A stretch of 64,000 bases of DNA, taken from Turneriella sp. (GTDB taxonomy: Bacteria > Spirochaetota > Leptospiria > Turneriellales > Turneriellaceae). The translations under genes and the position numbers were made by a program. The notes under the pieces are model-generated. The model was given only the letters and a program-made list of their open reading frames with translations. It was not told the origin of the DNA and did no database searches. The DNA is taken from the NCBI GenBank assembly GCA_965279515.1, contig CBDIID010000003.1, forward strand, positions 3,808,001 to 3,872,000, given 5' to 3'. Shown here in pieces: positions 29,776-39,539 of this stretch. The first letter of the stretch is position 1, and every line of letters starts with the position of its first letter.

Positions 29776-30573
29776 TTAATTGCCGCCACCTTCCGCTTCA
29801 CGTTGTTTGATGAGAACTTCGCGCGATGCCGGATCGACAAAGCACAGGAGTTTATCCATAATAACTTTCGGGTTTTCACCCGCCTGGATCGACATCACGC
29901 CTTCGAGCAGCATGTTCATCAGCGTGACCTCGTCACCGGTACGGCTTTTTAACTTGTTGGTCGTGGGCATGGCGATGACGTTCGCAAGGAACGATCCGTA
30001 TAAAGTCGTAATAAGGGCCGCGGCCATCGCCTTACCGAGACCAGAGGTATCACCACCGAGGTTCGCGAGCATCCCCACGAGACCGATGAGGGTACCGAGC
30101 ATACCGAACGCCGGACCCATGAGGGCGAGCATGTCGAAGAAGTTACGGCCGCCGCCGTGGCGCGCTTCGAGGGCTTCGATTTCAATGCGCATAACGCGTT
30201 TGGCGATTTCAGGGTCGGTACCGTCGATAATCATCTGCAGCGCTTTGGTGAGAAATTTACTGTCGAGCTTGTCGACATGGTCTTCGAGAGCGAGAATGCC
30301 TTCGCGGCGTGCGATTTCTGAGAGCGACACGATCTGGAGAACATAACGGTTGATATCGATATTGTTTTTCAGCCAGGCCAGTTTATAGATCTTATGGACC
30401 TGCATGGAAAGTTCCCAGGGGTTCTGCATCATCGTCGTGGCAAACGCTCCCCCGAAGGTAATAAAGATCGAGGCTAAGTCATAGAGAGCGCCCCAGGCAA
30501 CACCCGAGGATTCGACCCCAAGTATGAGGACGCCCATGGCAATGCCAAAACCGAACATATATCCCTTATCCAT
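29776..30573 (-). CDS. motA: Flagellar motor stator protein MotA
   Basis: ARREGILALE, PAFGMLGTLIGL, ALITTLYG. Confidence 0.93.
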   Translation of the reverse strand: MDKGYMFGFGIAMGVLILGVESSGVAWGALYDLASIFITFGGAFATTMMQNPWELSMQVHKIYKLAWLKNNIDINRYVLQIVSLSEIARREGILALEDHVDKLDSKFLTKALQMIIDGTDPEIAKRVMRIEIEALEARHGGGRNFFDMLALMGPAFGMLGTLIGLVGMLANLGGDTSGLGKAMAAALITTLYGSFLANVIAMPTTNKLKSRTGDEVTLMNMLLEGVMSIQAGENPKVIMDKLLCFVDPASREVLIKQREAEGGGN

Positions 30574-30586
30574 GTTATCTCATTTA

Positions 30587-30614
30587 TGTTCGGCGGATAG
30601 AATAGCACCTTTGA
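30587..30614 (-). promoter_or_regulatory. Putative sigma28 promoter of motAB
   Basis: Minus strand TCAAAG...GCCGAACA (CAAA-N15-GCCGAACA) just upstream of motA. Confidence 0.55.
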
Positions 30615-30667
30615 GGCTTTTTTTATAAAGTGGTTGAAGCGGCGGCGCTTTTTGCCGGTTTTGTGCG

Positions 30668-31297
30668 ATGACAACAACAGCGACGGATGCCCCCCGCAGC
30701 GGCATCCCCAAATCGATGGGCGTCTTGCTCATCATCTTTGCTTCGATTTACCTTTTAGGTTCACTGTTCAGCGCCGCGACTGCCTTTCTCGGTGGTTCGT
30801 TCATGGATGCGCTGCCGGGCCTCAAGGGTGCGATTCCCAAGCTCGAAGAATCGGGCATTAACCTCGAAAAAATTCTCTCACAGCTCAAGCCCATGTACAT
30901 GCTGCAGGGCGGCGAAAAACTCGCGACCGCGGCGATCTCGGGTTTTGGCATTTTCGCCGGAGTTAAGCTCGTGCAGTATTCTGCACCCGGCCTGCGCCTC
31001 GCGGTTTGGTGGGCCATTTCTGCCCTCGGTTATCTGGTGATCGAAATCATGATTTTTTTCATCTTTTTGCAGCCGCTGCTGAATAAGTTCTTTAAAACCA
31101 TTACCGACCAGGTAGGGCCATTACTCGGGAAAGACAAGGCCGGGCTCGATATTCTCATGGGCATTGCCGGTAATGCCGGAGCAGGTGGTGTCATCGCCGG
31201 CGCCGTCTTCATGGCGGTTTTTCCGGTGCTGATGATTGCACTGATGAATACCAGCGCCGCACGCAAAGCGTGCGGTGTCGATAAGATCTTCGGCTAA
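30668..31297 (+). CDS. Hypothetical membrane protein
   Basis: ~4 hydrophobic segments. Confidence 0.65.
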   Translation: MTTTATDAPRSGIPKSMGVLLIIFASIYLLGSLFSAATAFLGGSFMDALPGLKGAIPKLEESGINLEKILSQLKPMYMLQGGEKLATAAISGFGIFAGVKLVQYSAPGLRLAVWWAISALGYLVIEIMIFFIFLQPLLNKFFKTITDQVGPLLGKDKAGLDILMGIAGNAGAGGVIAGAVFMAVFPVLMIALMNTSAARKACGVDKIFG

Positions 31298-31650
31298 GCC
31301 GCGCGCGTCTTGCGTTCGAAGACCCAGGACGTTGCGAGGAGAGCGAAAGCGAGCAGTACCATAACGACGCTTGTCTGCGTCTGTATGTGGGCAATCAGCG
31401 CAAGGGTGAAATTGAAGAAAAATCCTGCATAGGCCCATTCGCGCAAGGTTGTGAATCTGCGCACGAGCAGCGCGGCGACGCCGAGAATCTTCGCCGTGGC
31501 GAGAATGGCGGGCAGGTACGGGGGATATCCCAACATCTGGAAGCCTTTCGACATTTCAGAGAATTTCGTGATGTACATTGTCGCCGACAACAACATCAGG
31601 CCGCTCAGCAATAAAGTGGCGGTATAGTAGATAATTTTGTTAGTTTTCAT
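31294..31650 (-). CDS. DoxX-like family membrane protein
   Basis: LGYP.Y...L..AKILG, LREWAYAGF motifs. Confidence 0.85.
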   Translation of the reverse strand: MKTNKIIYYTATLLLSGLMLLSATMYITKFSEMSKGFQMLGYPPYLPAILATAKILGVAALLVRRFTTLREWAYAGFFFNFTLALIAHIQTQTSVVMVLLAFALLATSWVFERKTRAA

Positions 31651-31658
31651 ACTCAGGC

Positions 31659-31690
31659 AAGTTAAACCGTGGAGTATACCCAAGGGTCCA
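31659..31690 (-). promoter_or_regulatory. MerR-type operator/long-spacer promoter for the DoxX gene
   Basis: Minus strand TGGACC-N20-TAACTT enclosing dyad CCTTGG-N7-CCACGG. Confidence 0.6.
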
Positions 31691-31694
31691 GAAA

Positions 31695-32069
31695 ATGTTA
31701 ATAGGCAAGTTGGCAAAGGCGACGAAAACATCGCACGACACAATACGTTATTATGAGAGCCTGGGGTTACTCGAAGCGCCGCCGCGGCCGAACCGCTTCA
31801 ATAACTATAAAGACTATCCGGAGAGCAATGTCGAGAGGATCAGCTTCATACGCGAGATGCAGTCCTATGGTTTCACGCTGCGTGAAATTGCCGAACTGAT
31901 GCGCCTGTCGAAAAAAGAGAATTTTACCTGTAGTTCAGCGGCCGGGGTACTTGAGGCAAAAGTCCGGGACATGGACGATGACATCCGTCAGCTGCAAAGC
32001 CGCAAGGAAAAACTTTCCGAGGTGATGGAGAAAATACGGCGACACCCGGACGCCCGCCGCCCGATCTGA
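31695..32069 (+). CDS. MerR family transcriptional regulator
   Basis: IGKLAK..DTIRYYE..GLL, GFTLREI; single Cys in the dimerisation helix. Confidence 0.92.
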   Translation: MLIGKLAKATKTSHDTIRYYESLGLLEAPPRPNRFNNYKDYPESNVERISFIREMQSYGFTLREIAELMRLSKKENFTCSSAAGVLEAKVRDMDDDIRQLQSRKEKLSEVMEKIRRHPDARRPI

Positions 32070-32122
32070 TCTATTTATTCGCCGCTGCACGCGGCAAAGA
32101 CGGCATCCATGCCAGCCGCATG

Positions 32123-33082
32123 CTAAGCGCCTGCCTGCGCCTTAGCAACAATCGCCGCGGCTTCGGCGGCTTCTTTGGCTTTTTGCTCGGCAAATACGGG
32201 ATCGTATTCGCAGCGGAAGCGTTCCATCATTTTGCCCATCTCATCGTAGAGTTCTTTTGCCATGTCGATGATGACTGACGGGCGGCTCTTGGAGGATTTG
32301 CCGCTCCCGTAAAGTTTTGAAAGAAACTGGCGCGAGCTGCCCATGATCGTGTACTTGTCTTTCGGGTTCGTCGCCATCTGTTCAATGAACTTGCGGGTCA
32401 GGTATGAGTTGAGATAGATCACGCCGTCGAATGCCCAGTTGAAGTCGAGTGAAGGGCCGAGAATGTATGCAGCTTCTTCCATGGGTTCAATCCCCGATGT
32501 CATGGTATCGAGCACGCGCTTGTAGTAGCGCGCCGCTTCAACATAATAAAAATCGCGTAGTTTATCGTAGGGGCGGTAGTTCGCTTCTTTAAAGAGATCG
32601 TCGAGAATCCAGGCGGCGCGCAGCGCAGCTACGGCCTTCTTGGGTGTTGGAGCGATGGCGTTGCCGCGCAGGTGATAGCAGTCAACGGCGAGCATATAAG
32701 CGATCGCGCCGTGGATGATGTTACGGTTATCACCCATGTCGTATTTGCCAAAAAAAGTTTCGACGACTTTTTGGCGGTGTGCGACCGTGTTCTTAAGGGC
32801 CAGTGCTTCTTCGGCGGGAACGTTCGTAAAATCTTTGGGGAAAGCTGAGAACAGGCACTTGGGGCAAACCTGAACGTGATAGACGAGGGGGTTGATCTTA
32901 CCCCATTTTTTGTTATCTTCGTAGAGACGCTGTAGTTCTTGAGTCAGTTTGCCGGCGATGAGCCGGCCTGAACCCGAGAGCAGTTCTTCTTTGAAGTGGG
33001 TGGCGCCGCAGACCGGGCATTTGGTGACTTCTTTTGCCCGATAGGATATTTTTTTTTGATTATTTGCCGCGGCTGTTGCCAT
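32123..33082 (-). CDS. DUF2225 domain protein
   Basis: CPVC...VCPKC zinc motifs, LRAAW. Confidence 0.8.
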   Translation of the reverse strand: MATAAANNQKKISYRAKEVTKCPVCGATHFKEELLSGSGRLIAGKLTQELQRLYEDNKKWGKINPLVYHVQVCPKCLFSAFPKDFTNVPAEEALALKNTVAHRQKVVETFFGKYDMGDNRNIIHGAIAYMLAVDCYHLRGNAIAPTPKKAVAALRAAWILDDLFKEANYRPYDKLRDFYYVEAARYYKRVLDTMTSGIEPMEEAAYILGPSLDFNWAFDGVIYLNSYLTRKFIEQMATNPKDKYTIMGSSRQFLSKLYGSGKSSKSRPSVIIDMAKELYDEMGKMMERFRCEYDPVFAEQKAKEAAEAAAIVAKAQAGA

Positions 33083-34023
33083 CAGGTCTCTGCTCCCAGT
33101 TCCAATTTATGATCGTCTATCTTTAGCTCGGTGATCCAGTCTTCATCTTTGGAAGGGGGCGGTACGTCAATAGGTTTACCGTCATACGTGACGCGTTTAC
33201 CCGGATATATCGTGGTCTTCCAGAGATAGACGAAGAGGTTATTCTGGTTCAGCGCCGGGTGCACGTTCGGCTTGATGTTGGTTTCATGCCATTGTGGTAA
33301 CAGGCTCCAGTGCAGGCTCGCACGTTCATGGTGCATGCCGTGGAAGCCGTTATTGAAGGCAAACCAGTTGAGTATCTTACCAGTGAAATTCCGCGTGTGG
33401 TTGTGCGGGTGATTCATATCGCAGCCGTCGTGCTGCCAGTAATTGACGCTGACAATGCCCCAGACGCCGTAATGGTGGGGGATAAAAACCAATAGCAGAA
33501 AAGCCTTCCAGTTGATAAATGCCAAGACACCCTGTGTTGCGAAGAAGAACACCAGCTCTGAAATATACTGGCGGTACCAGCTCGGCTTCTGTTTGCGCAT
33601 CGCTTTGGCGAATGCGCCCTCGTCGCGCGTGATATCAAAGATCATGCGGTAGAAGAAGAACAGCTGGTTTAAGAGATTCCAGCGGAAACGCATCTTTGTC
33701 GTCCGCATGACATCCTTTGGCCCCTGCGTATACTTATGGTGGCTGAAATTATGTCCTGGCACAAAGGCGCTCACGGCATGGCCATAGGCAAATGACAGCA
33801 CGTATTGGAACAGTTTGTTCATCCAGCGTTGTTTGAACATGGGGCTATGGATGGTATTGTGAACAATAACGGCGTTGAAGAACGAGGAATTGCACATGAG
33901 TATAAACAGCACAACGACCATCCAGGTTTCGAGCTGGTTCCAGAAGTAAAATCCGGTGAAAAGCAGGGCGCAATAAACTGCAATAAAAAACAGTGTGCGC
34001 CAGTCAGCAGAGTAACGGAGCAT
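33082..34023 (-). CDS. Membrane fatty acid desaturase family protein
   Basis: His boxes HNTIH, HNFSHH, HGMHH. Confidence 0.88.
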   Translation of the reverse strand: MLRYSADWRTLFFIAVYCALLFTGFYFWNQLETWMVVVLFILMCNSSFFNAVIVHNTIHSPMFKQRWMNKLFQYVLSFAYGHAVSAFVPGHNFSHHKYTQGPKDVMRTTKMRFRWNLLNQLFFFYRMIFDITRDEGAFAKAMRKQKPSWYRQYISELVFFFATQGVLAFINWKAFLLLVFIPHHYGVWGIVSVNYWQHDGCDMNHPHNHTRNFTGKILNWFAFNNGFHGMHHERASLHWSLLPQWHETNIKPNVHPALNQNNLFVYLWKTTIYPGKRVTYDGKPIDVPPPSKDEDWITELKIDDHKLELGAET

Positions 34024-34118
34024 ATTTCTCGGTGCGCTGCAAAAACACGCCGTCAAGCGGGATTTGAATCGACATGCCCTTTCTCTTGACAGGCCTTATT
34101 TCTGGCCGGAAATGCAAT

Positions 34119-34991
34119 ATGCGGGATGACGGACGCGAGAGCGACAATGTAGAAGACCGGAGGAGCGGCGGCGATTCTGGCGGCGGCGGGTTTCACCTGC
34201 CGTTCGGCAATTTTCGCGGTATGAGCATTGTGGGACTGATTGTCGCCGCGGGTGCAGCTTACTATTTCGATATCGATCCGCGGCTGATCCTCAGCCTCTT
34301 CGAGAGTGGCTCGCGCACCGAGGTGCAGCATTCGGCGCCCGCGCGACCGATACCCGCGAATGATAAGCAGGCAAAATTTGTGTCCGTGGTGCTTGCTGAC
34401 ACCGAAGATGTCTGGCGCGAATTGTTACCGAAAGCGGGTAAACGGTACACAGATCCGAAACTCGTGCTGTTCCGTGGCCAGACACCCACCGCATGCGGGC
34501 GCGGCAAGGCGGCGATGGGGCCGTTCTACTGCCCGGCCGACCGCAAGATCTATATCGACTTAAGTTTTTATGACGAGATGAAAACCCGCTACCGCGCTCC
34601 CGGTGATTTTGCCGAAGCGTATGTCATTGGCCACGAGGTGGGTCACCACGTGCAGAATCTTTTAGGTACGATGGGTAAGGTGCGCCGCCAGCAGGATGGC
34701 CTGAGTGAAGCTGCTTCGAACGCGCTTTCAGTCAAACTCGAATTGCAGGCAGATTGTTATGCCGGGGTCTGGGGACACCACGCCGACAAGGCGCGCCACA
34801 TTTTACAGAAGGGCGATATTGAAGAGGCGCTCGGTGCCGCATCGGCGATCGGCGACGATACTTTGCAGAAGCGTTCAGGCGGTGCCATCGTTCCCGAATC
34901 TTTCACGCATGGCAGCTCGGCCGATCGCGTGCGCTGGTTTAAAAGGGGGATGGACAGCGGTGATCTGAAGGCATGTAACACCTTCGAGTGA
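34119..34991 (+). CDS. Neutral zinc metallopeptidase (YpfJ family)
   Basis: SDNVEDRR, GPFYCPAD, HEVGHH, ELQADC, ESFTHGS. Confidence 0.92.
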   Translation: MRDDGRESDNVEDRRSGGDSGGGGFHLPFGNFRGMSIVGLIVAAGAAYYFDIDPRLILSLFESGSRTEVQHSAPARPIPANDKQAKFVSVVLADTEDVWRELLPKAGKRYTDPKLVLFRGQTPTACGRGKAAMGPFYCPADRKIYIDLSFYDEMKTRYRAPGDFAEAYVIGHEVGHHVQNLLGTMGKVRRQQDGLSEAASNALSVKLELQADCYAGVWGHHADKARHILQKGDIEEALGAASAIGDDTLQKRSGGAIVPESFTHGSSADRVRWFKRGMDSGDLKACNTFE

Positions 34992-35001
34992 TGCCGACTT
35001 A

Positions 35002-35213
35002 GAGCCTATCTCAGCAGCCATTCAACCTAGGCGTTTCTGCGAAACGCCTAGGTTGAAACCCACGATTTCCATCTGAAAAAGTCTATGTATGAATCGCAAA
35101 GCTGAAAGCCTCGCAACTTTGCTCTGCAAAGTTGCTGCTAAAGCGGCGAATACGCCTGCTTTCAGCCTTGCGAAAAAAAGAAATCGCGGGTTTCAACCCG
35201 CTGAGATAGGCTT
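35002..35213. mobile_element. Non-autonomous MITE-like element (212 bp) with TTA target duplication
   Basis: 14-bp terminal inverted repeats GAGCCTATCTCAGC / GCTGAGATAGGCTT (13/14 match), TTA on both flanks, nested internal hairpins. Confidence 0.75.
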
Positions 35214-35822
35214 TTACTGCCAGTTCAGTTTAAAGTGACCGGCTTCGGTCTTCGTGAAAGAAAACTCTTTCTGCGCGTCGGGGTTCTCATACACTGCGGG
35301 CGTCACGAGCACCTCATACGCATCTGCGGTATCTTCGCCGAGCTTAGAGGCCGTATTCACCTCATGCCCGAAAACATCGAGATCGCCGATACGCAAGACT
35401 TTGCCATAACCGATACCGGCGCATAACAGTACTTTCTCTTCATCTGTTTTTTCTTTATTGTACGCGAGCAGGGTGCGCTGCATCGCGGCTGCGGCCTGCA
35501 AGGCCTTCGTCACGTTACGGAAAATCACGAGCAAACTATCACCCTCGGCCTTCAGTAAAATTCCGTCATGGTCTTCGATGGTGGGAATCAGCAGACGCTC
35601 CGACTCGTAGATCGTCTGCAGAAAATGGATGATGCCGAATTTGGCGACGTTGCGCGAGAAGCCCGAAAGATCGGTGAACATGATTGCCCAGGTCTCGCCG
35701 AACAGATCCCAGATGCGGCTGTCGATCTTGTCTTTATCGGCCCCCGGTTTTAAGCGGTCTTCGATCAGTTTTTCAAGGCGGTCTTCGCTTGCACTCGCGC
35801 CGATCACTCTCCGGTATGCCAT
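35214..35822 (-). CDS. Stand-alone class III adenylate/guanylate cyclase domain protein
   Basis: MFTDLSGFS, KAEGDSL, GHEVNTASKLGED. Confidence 0.85.
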   Translation of the reverse strand: MAYRRVIGASASEDRLEKLIEDRLKPGADKDKIDSRIWDLFGETWAIMFTDLSGFSRNVAKFGIIHFLQTIYESERLLIPTIEDHDGILLKAEGDSLLVIFRNVTKALQAAAAMQRTLLAYNKEKTDEEKVLLCAGIGYGKVLRIGDLDVFGHEVNTASKLGEDTADAYEVLVTPAVYENPDAQKEFSFTKTEAGHFKLNWQ

Positions 35823-35914
35823 GGTCCAGACATGGTTTACCGGGGTGGTTTTCAAGCGAATATTGAAACAGCTGATTCTACTTGACGCACAAAAAAAGGA
35901 TTCCATTCATCCTT

Positions 35915-36637
35915 ATGTTAAAAAAATATATCACCCTTGCGGCGATGGGTTTTGCCCTCTTTGCCGCAGCCTGCAGTTCTACAGACAAGAAGGTAGAAGA
36001 AGCAGTGAAACCGGTTGTCGCTGAGATACCGAAAGAAATTCCTAAGAAAGAAGAGCCGCCTGTTGTGGCGAGCCGTTCCGTCGACACGGGTGCCGTGGTT
36101 GATGCGCAGAACGAAAAACTCGCAAAGGTTCCAGTCATGGGCCTGCCGCCTTTTGAAGCCGGTAAGAACATAGACAAGTACGGTAAAGATTCACTCGCTG
36201 CTGCTAAAGCGGCAATTGCCGAGATGCCCGAGGGCCATGTTCTGCAGATCACCGGCCACCATAACCAGCACCCTGACAAAGCCCAACGTAAGGGCAATGG
36301 CCTTTCGCAGCAACGCGCGAAACAAGTGTACGATTATTTCGTGAAAAACGGCATTCCCAAAGAAAAGCTGGCATACCGCGGTATCGGTTCTGCCGAATAC
36401 GACAAAGGTCTCAGCCGTGAAAAAAACCGCCGTGTGACATTCAGAATCGTCAAAGCCGGTGAAGGCGAAGAAGCACCTGCGCCCAAACCCAAGCCAGCTG
36501 CGAAACCCGTACCAAAACCTGAAGTCAAGCCAACAGCTGAAATCAAACCAGAGCCTAAACCTGAAGAGAAACCGGCAGTTCCCGCAGAAGCCAAGCCTGA
36601 AGAAAAGCCTGCAGCCCCCGCTGAAGTCAAGCCCTGA
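35915..36637 (+). CDS. OmpA-like domain lipoprotein with a Pro/Glu/Lys-rich tail
   Basis: Lipobox AAAC; LSQQRAKQV, NRRVTF; C-terminal KPEPKPEEKP repeats. Confidence 0.8.
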   Translation: MLKKYITLAAMGFALFAAACSSTDKKVEEAVKPVVAEIPKEIPKKEEPPVVASRSVDTGAVVDAQNEKLAKVPVMGLPPFEAGKNIDKYGKDSLAAAKAAIAEMPEGHVLQITGHHNQHPDKAQRKGNGLSQQRAKQVYDYFVKNGIPKEKLAYRGIGSAEYDKGLSREKNRRVTFRIVKAGEGEEAPAPKPKPAAKPVPKPEVKPTAEIKPEPKPEEKPAVPAEAKPEEKPAAPAEVKP

Positions 36638-36703
36638 GATTTTCCATATTTAACTCCGTTGCTATTGGCAGCGTCATTAGCAACGGAATTGATCTAAAGT
36701 ATT

Positions 36704-37717
36704 ATGAGCTCAGCTAAATCCCGAATCAAGTCTGTTCTGAAATTTTTCCTGACTGTGGCAATCTCAGGAATATGTCTCTATTTCGCCGCGCGTAAAATAG
36801 AGTTGCAGAAGTTGCAGGATGATTTGCGATCGCTGGTTCCTGAATTTGTGCTTTTTGCCGCATTCATTTCTTTCAGCTCAGTTGCCGGCCGGGCTTTGCG
36901 CTGGCATCTAGTACTGCGGCGTGAACGCAAATTTCCGTATAGTACAAGTTTTTGGGCGACTTCTATCGGTTATTTAGCCAATAATATTTTACCCGCACGT
37001 GCTGGTGAAGTGATCCGTTCCGTGGTTCTCGGTCTTGGCGCTGATATCCGCAAATCTCTGGTACTTGCAACGGCTCTCACCGAGCGCATTCTAGACGCCG
37101 GTATCCTCATGATGATGGCGTTTCTGATGATGCGTTTTGCACCGCAGCTTCCCGAGACGGTGCGAAAATCATGGCTTTTTTTGCTGCCGGTGATCAGCAG
37201 TATTCTAGTACTTGTGTTTCTGGCGCCACTTATGCAGAATTTCTGGCTGAGGATTGCGGCTCTTCTGCCTATTGGAGATAAGTTACGCGAAAAAGTTAAG
37301 AACCTGCTGGTAGGCCTTATCGACGGAGTCCGTAAGTTTCATAGTATTCGTTTGTTACTGGTCTTTATTCTGCTCAGCGTGATCATATGGCTCTTAGATG
37401 CGGTAGGTATGCTCATGATTGCCCGCGCACTTGGCAGCGAAATAACGATTCCGCAGGCGACGATCTTCATTGCTGCCCTTGGATTTGCCAGTAGTGTGCC
37501 TTCTACTCCCGGTTACGTGGGTGTTTTTCAAGCTATTGCGGTGATCCTGTTGCCTGTCTTTGGTATCACTGAACATCGCGCATTTTTGATTGTTTCCTTG
37601 TTCCAGCTTACCGGCTTGGTTGTTACGGCTCTGCTTGGTGCGCCGGGGTGGTTTATCATGCAGCGGCGTATTGGTGCCGCGCGGCTGGAAAAAGAACTCG
37701 CCGAAGAAAATAATTAG
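36704..37717 (+). CDS. Lysylphosphatidylglycerol synthase TM / flippase-like (UPF0104) protein
   Basis: RALRW, NNILPARAGEVIR, ERILD, PSTPGYVG. Confidence 0.85.
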   Translation: MSSAKSRIKSVLKFFLTVAISGICLYFAARKIELQKLQDDLRSLVPEFVLFAAFISFSSVAGRALRWHLVLRRERKFPYSTSFWATSIGYLANNILPARAGEVIRSVVLGLGADIRKSLVLATALTERILDAGILMMMAFLMMRFAPQLPETVRKSWLFLLPVISSILVLVFLAPLMQNFWLRIAALLPIGDKLREKVKNLLVGLIDGVRKFHSIRLLLVFILLSVIIWLLDAVGMLMIARALGSEITIPQATIFIAALGFASSVPSTPGYVGVFQAIAVILLPVFGITEHRAFLIVSLFQLTGLVVTALLGAPGWFIMQRRIGAARLEKELAEENN

Positions 37718-39525
37718 GCGTATTTCAGCAAAAATTCCTTGTACCAGGAGCGCGAGCGGTTTTCTTCCAGCGCGATCTTCAGCAATTTCAGGAATTCACG
37801 GATATCGATTTCTTTGACGTCCGAAGTCGATTTAAAAATAAATGGGATTGCCGTACGCACCGAATCTTTCTCCCAGAACAATTCTTCTTTTAGCTTTTCT
37901 CCCGGGCGGATGCCGGTAAAAACAATTGGTATCTCGCTATAGGGTTTTTTGCCTGCGAGCAGAATGAGGCGCTCAGCGAGTTCGACGATGCGTACGGGGC
38001 GGCCCATGTCGAGCGCAAGAATACCCTCGGACTGATCTCCCAGCGAAGCTGCCTGCAACACCAGGCGCACAGCTTCAGGAATCGTCATGAAAAAGCGCTC
38101 CATGTCGGGATGCGTCACCGTGAGCGGGCCGCCTTTCTGGATCTGCTCCCAGAACAGTGGAACGACAGAGCCCGAAGAACCTAACACGTTACCAAAACGC
38201 ACACTCACCGTCTTCAGGCGGCCACTGCCGGTGCGCGGCAAATTGTACATCAACAGCTCGGCCATACGTTTTGTGATGCCCATGATGTTTTCCGGTGCGA
38301 CGGCCTTGTCGGTTGAGATATTCACCATGCGCACCGTTTCACCCACCGGAAGCGTCGAGGCATACTGGTCTGCGGCAAGAATCAGATGCGAGGTTCCGAG
38401 GATATTGGTATCGAGTGCCTGCAGATGGTTGGTTTCCATGAGCGGCACGTGTTTATACGCAGCGGCATGAAAGATGATCTGCGGTTTTTCGGTGGCAATG
38501 ATATCAGCGAGGCGCCGCTCATTACGGATGTCTGCGACCGCGCAGAAAATATTTTCTGAATTGAATTCCTGTTCGAGCTGGTAGACGCCGTGTTCCCATT
38601 GGTCGATGAGCGTGAGGCGCGCGGGCTTAAGCGCCGCAATCTGGCGGCAGAGCTCGCGGCCAATCGAGCCGGCCGCGCCCGTGATCAAAATGCGCCGGCC
38701 GCGGATAGTAGCCTCCACGCGCTTTTCATCGAGCCTGATCTCTGGCCGCCGGATGAGATCTTCGATACGCAGGTTGCGGATGTCGGGTGCAAATTCGTGC
38801 AGCTTGCGCGGAATGACTTTGTAGGCGACGCTGAGCCCCGTCAGGGTGTCCATGACCTGTTTCAGGAAATCAGGCGTCGGCGGCATCGTGAACCAGATCT
38901 CTTTAGCCTGGAATTTTTCGCTGAGTTGCCTGAGGCTAGTCCCCGGAAAAATCTTATACGGCCCGACATGACCACCGGTTTTATCGGTGTCGTTGTCGAC
39001 GATCGCGGCAATCTGATACTTGCCGAGTAAATCTTCGGCGGATAAATCTTCCAGCAGGTGGTGTGCAACGGTGCCGGCGCCGTAGATGATAACGGGTGTT
39101 AAACCCTGCTTTTTGACGAGGGCTTCGGGGTTAAGGCGAAAATACCAGAACAGGCGGTGCAACAGGGTGAAGACGTTTTGCGAAAAAAGCAGAATGGCCG
39201 CCTCCACGGGAAAAAACCTGTGCTGGTAGAGCCATCCCGCCTGCGTCGCCGCAGTACCAACGAGGGAGGCAAAAAACAGGGTGCGCAGCGAGAAAAAATT
39301 CAGGTATTTCAGGTTTGCGCGGTAGAGCCGGAAGCCCGCCAACAGGGCGACATGGAAAAGCGCCGCGGGGAATGCCCACAGCCAAAGTATCTGCACCGCG
39401 TGGAAATAACCGGCATAACTCGCACCCAAAAGAACGAAATCCCCTGTTAAGGTCAGCGCATAAGGTTTCAGCCTGAGAGACGCCACAAGAAGACCATTTT
39501 CTATGTGCCGCCCGCGCTGCCACAT
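37714..39525 (-). CDS. PglF/CapD-like nucleoside-diphosphate sugar 4,6-dehydratase
   Basis: TGAAGSIG, HAAAYKHVP, STDKAV, RFGNVLGSSGSV, GIRPGEKL; start uncertain. Confidence 0.9.
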   Translation of the reverse strand: MWQRGRHIENGLLVASLRLKPYALTLTGDFVLLGASYAGYFHAVQILWLWAFPAALFHVALLAGFRLYRANLKYLNFFSLRTLFFASLVGTAATQAGWLYQHRFFPVEAAILLFSQNVFTLLHRLFWYFRLNPEALVKKQGLTPVIIYGAGTVAHHLLEDLSAEDLLGKYQIAAIVDNDTDKTGGHVGPYKIFPGTSLRQLSEKFQAKEIWFTMPPTPDFLKQVMDTLTGLSVAYKVIPRKLHEFAPDIRNLRIEDLIRRPEIRLDEKRVEATIRGRRILITGAAGSIGRELCRQIAALKPARLTLIDQWEHGVYQLEQEFNSENIFCAVADIRNERRLADIIATEKPQIIFHAAAYKHVPLMETNHLQALDTNILGTSHLILAADQYASTLPVGETVRMVNISTDKAVAPENIMGITKRMAELLMYNLPRTGSGRLKTVSVRFGNVLGSSGSVVPLFWEQIQKGGPLTVTHPDMERFFMTIPEAVRLVLQAASLGDQSEGILALDMGRPVRIVELAERLILLAGKKPYSEIPIVFTGIRPGEKLKEELFWEKDSVRTAIPFIFKSTSDVKEIDIREFLKLLKIALEENRSRSWYKEFLLKYA

Positions 39526-39539
39526 AGAAAACGCTCTCC

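Noticed and set aside
35002..35213. Structured element as a CRISPR array, tRNA or riboswitch
   Set aside because: No direct repeat-spacer pattern or cloverleaf; it lies between convergent 3' ends, and TIRs plus TSD explain it better
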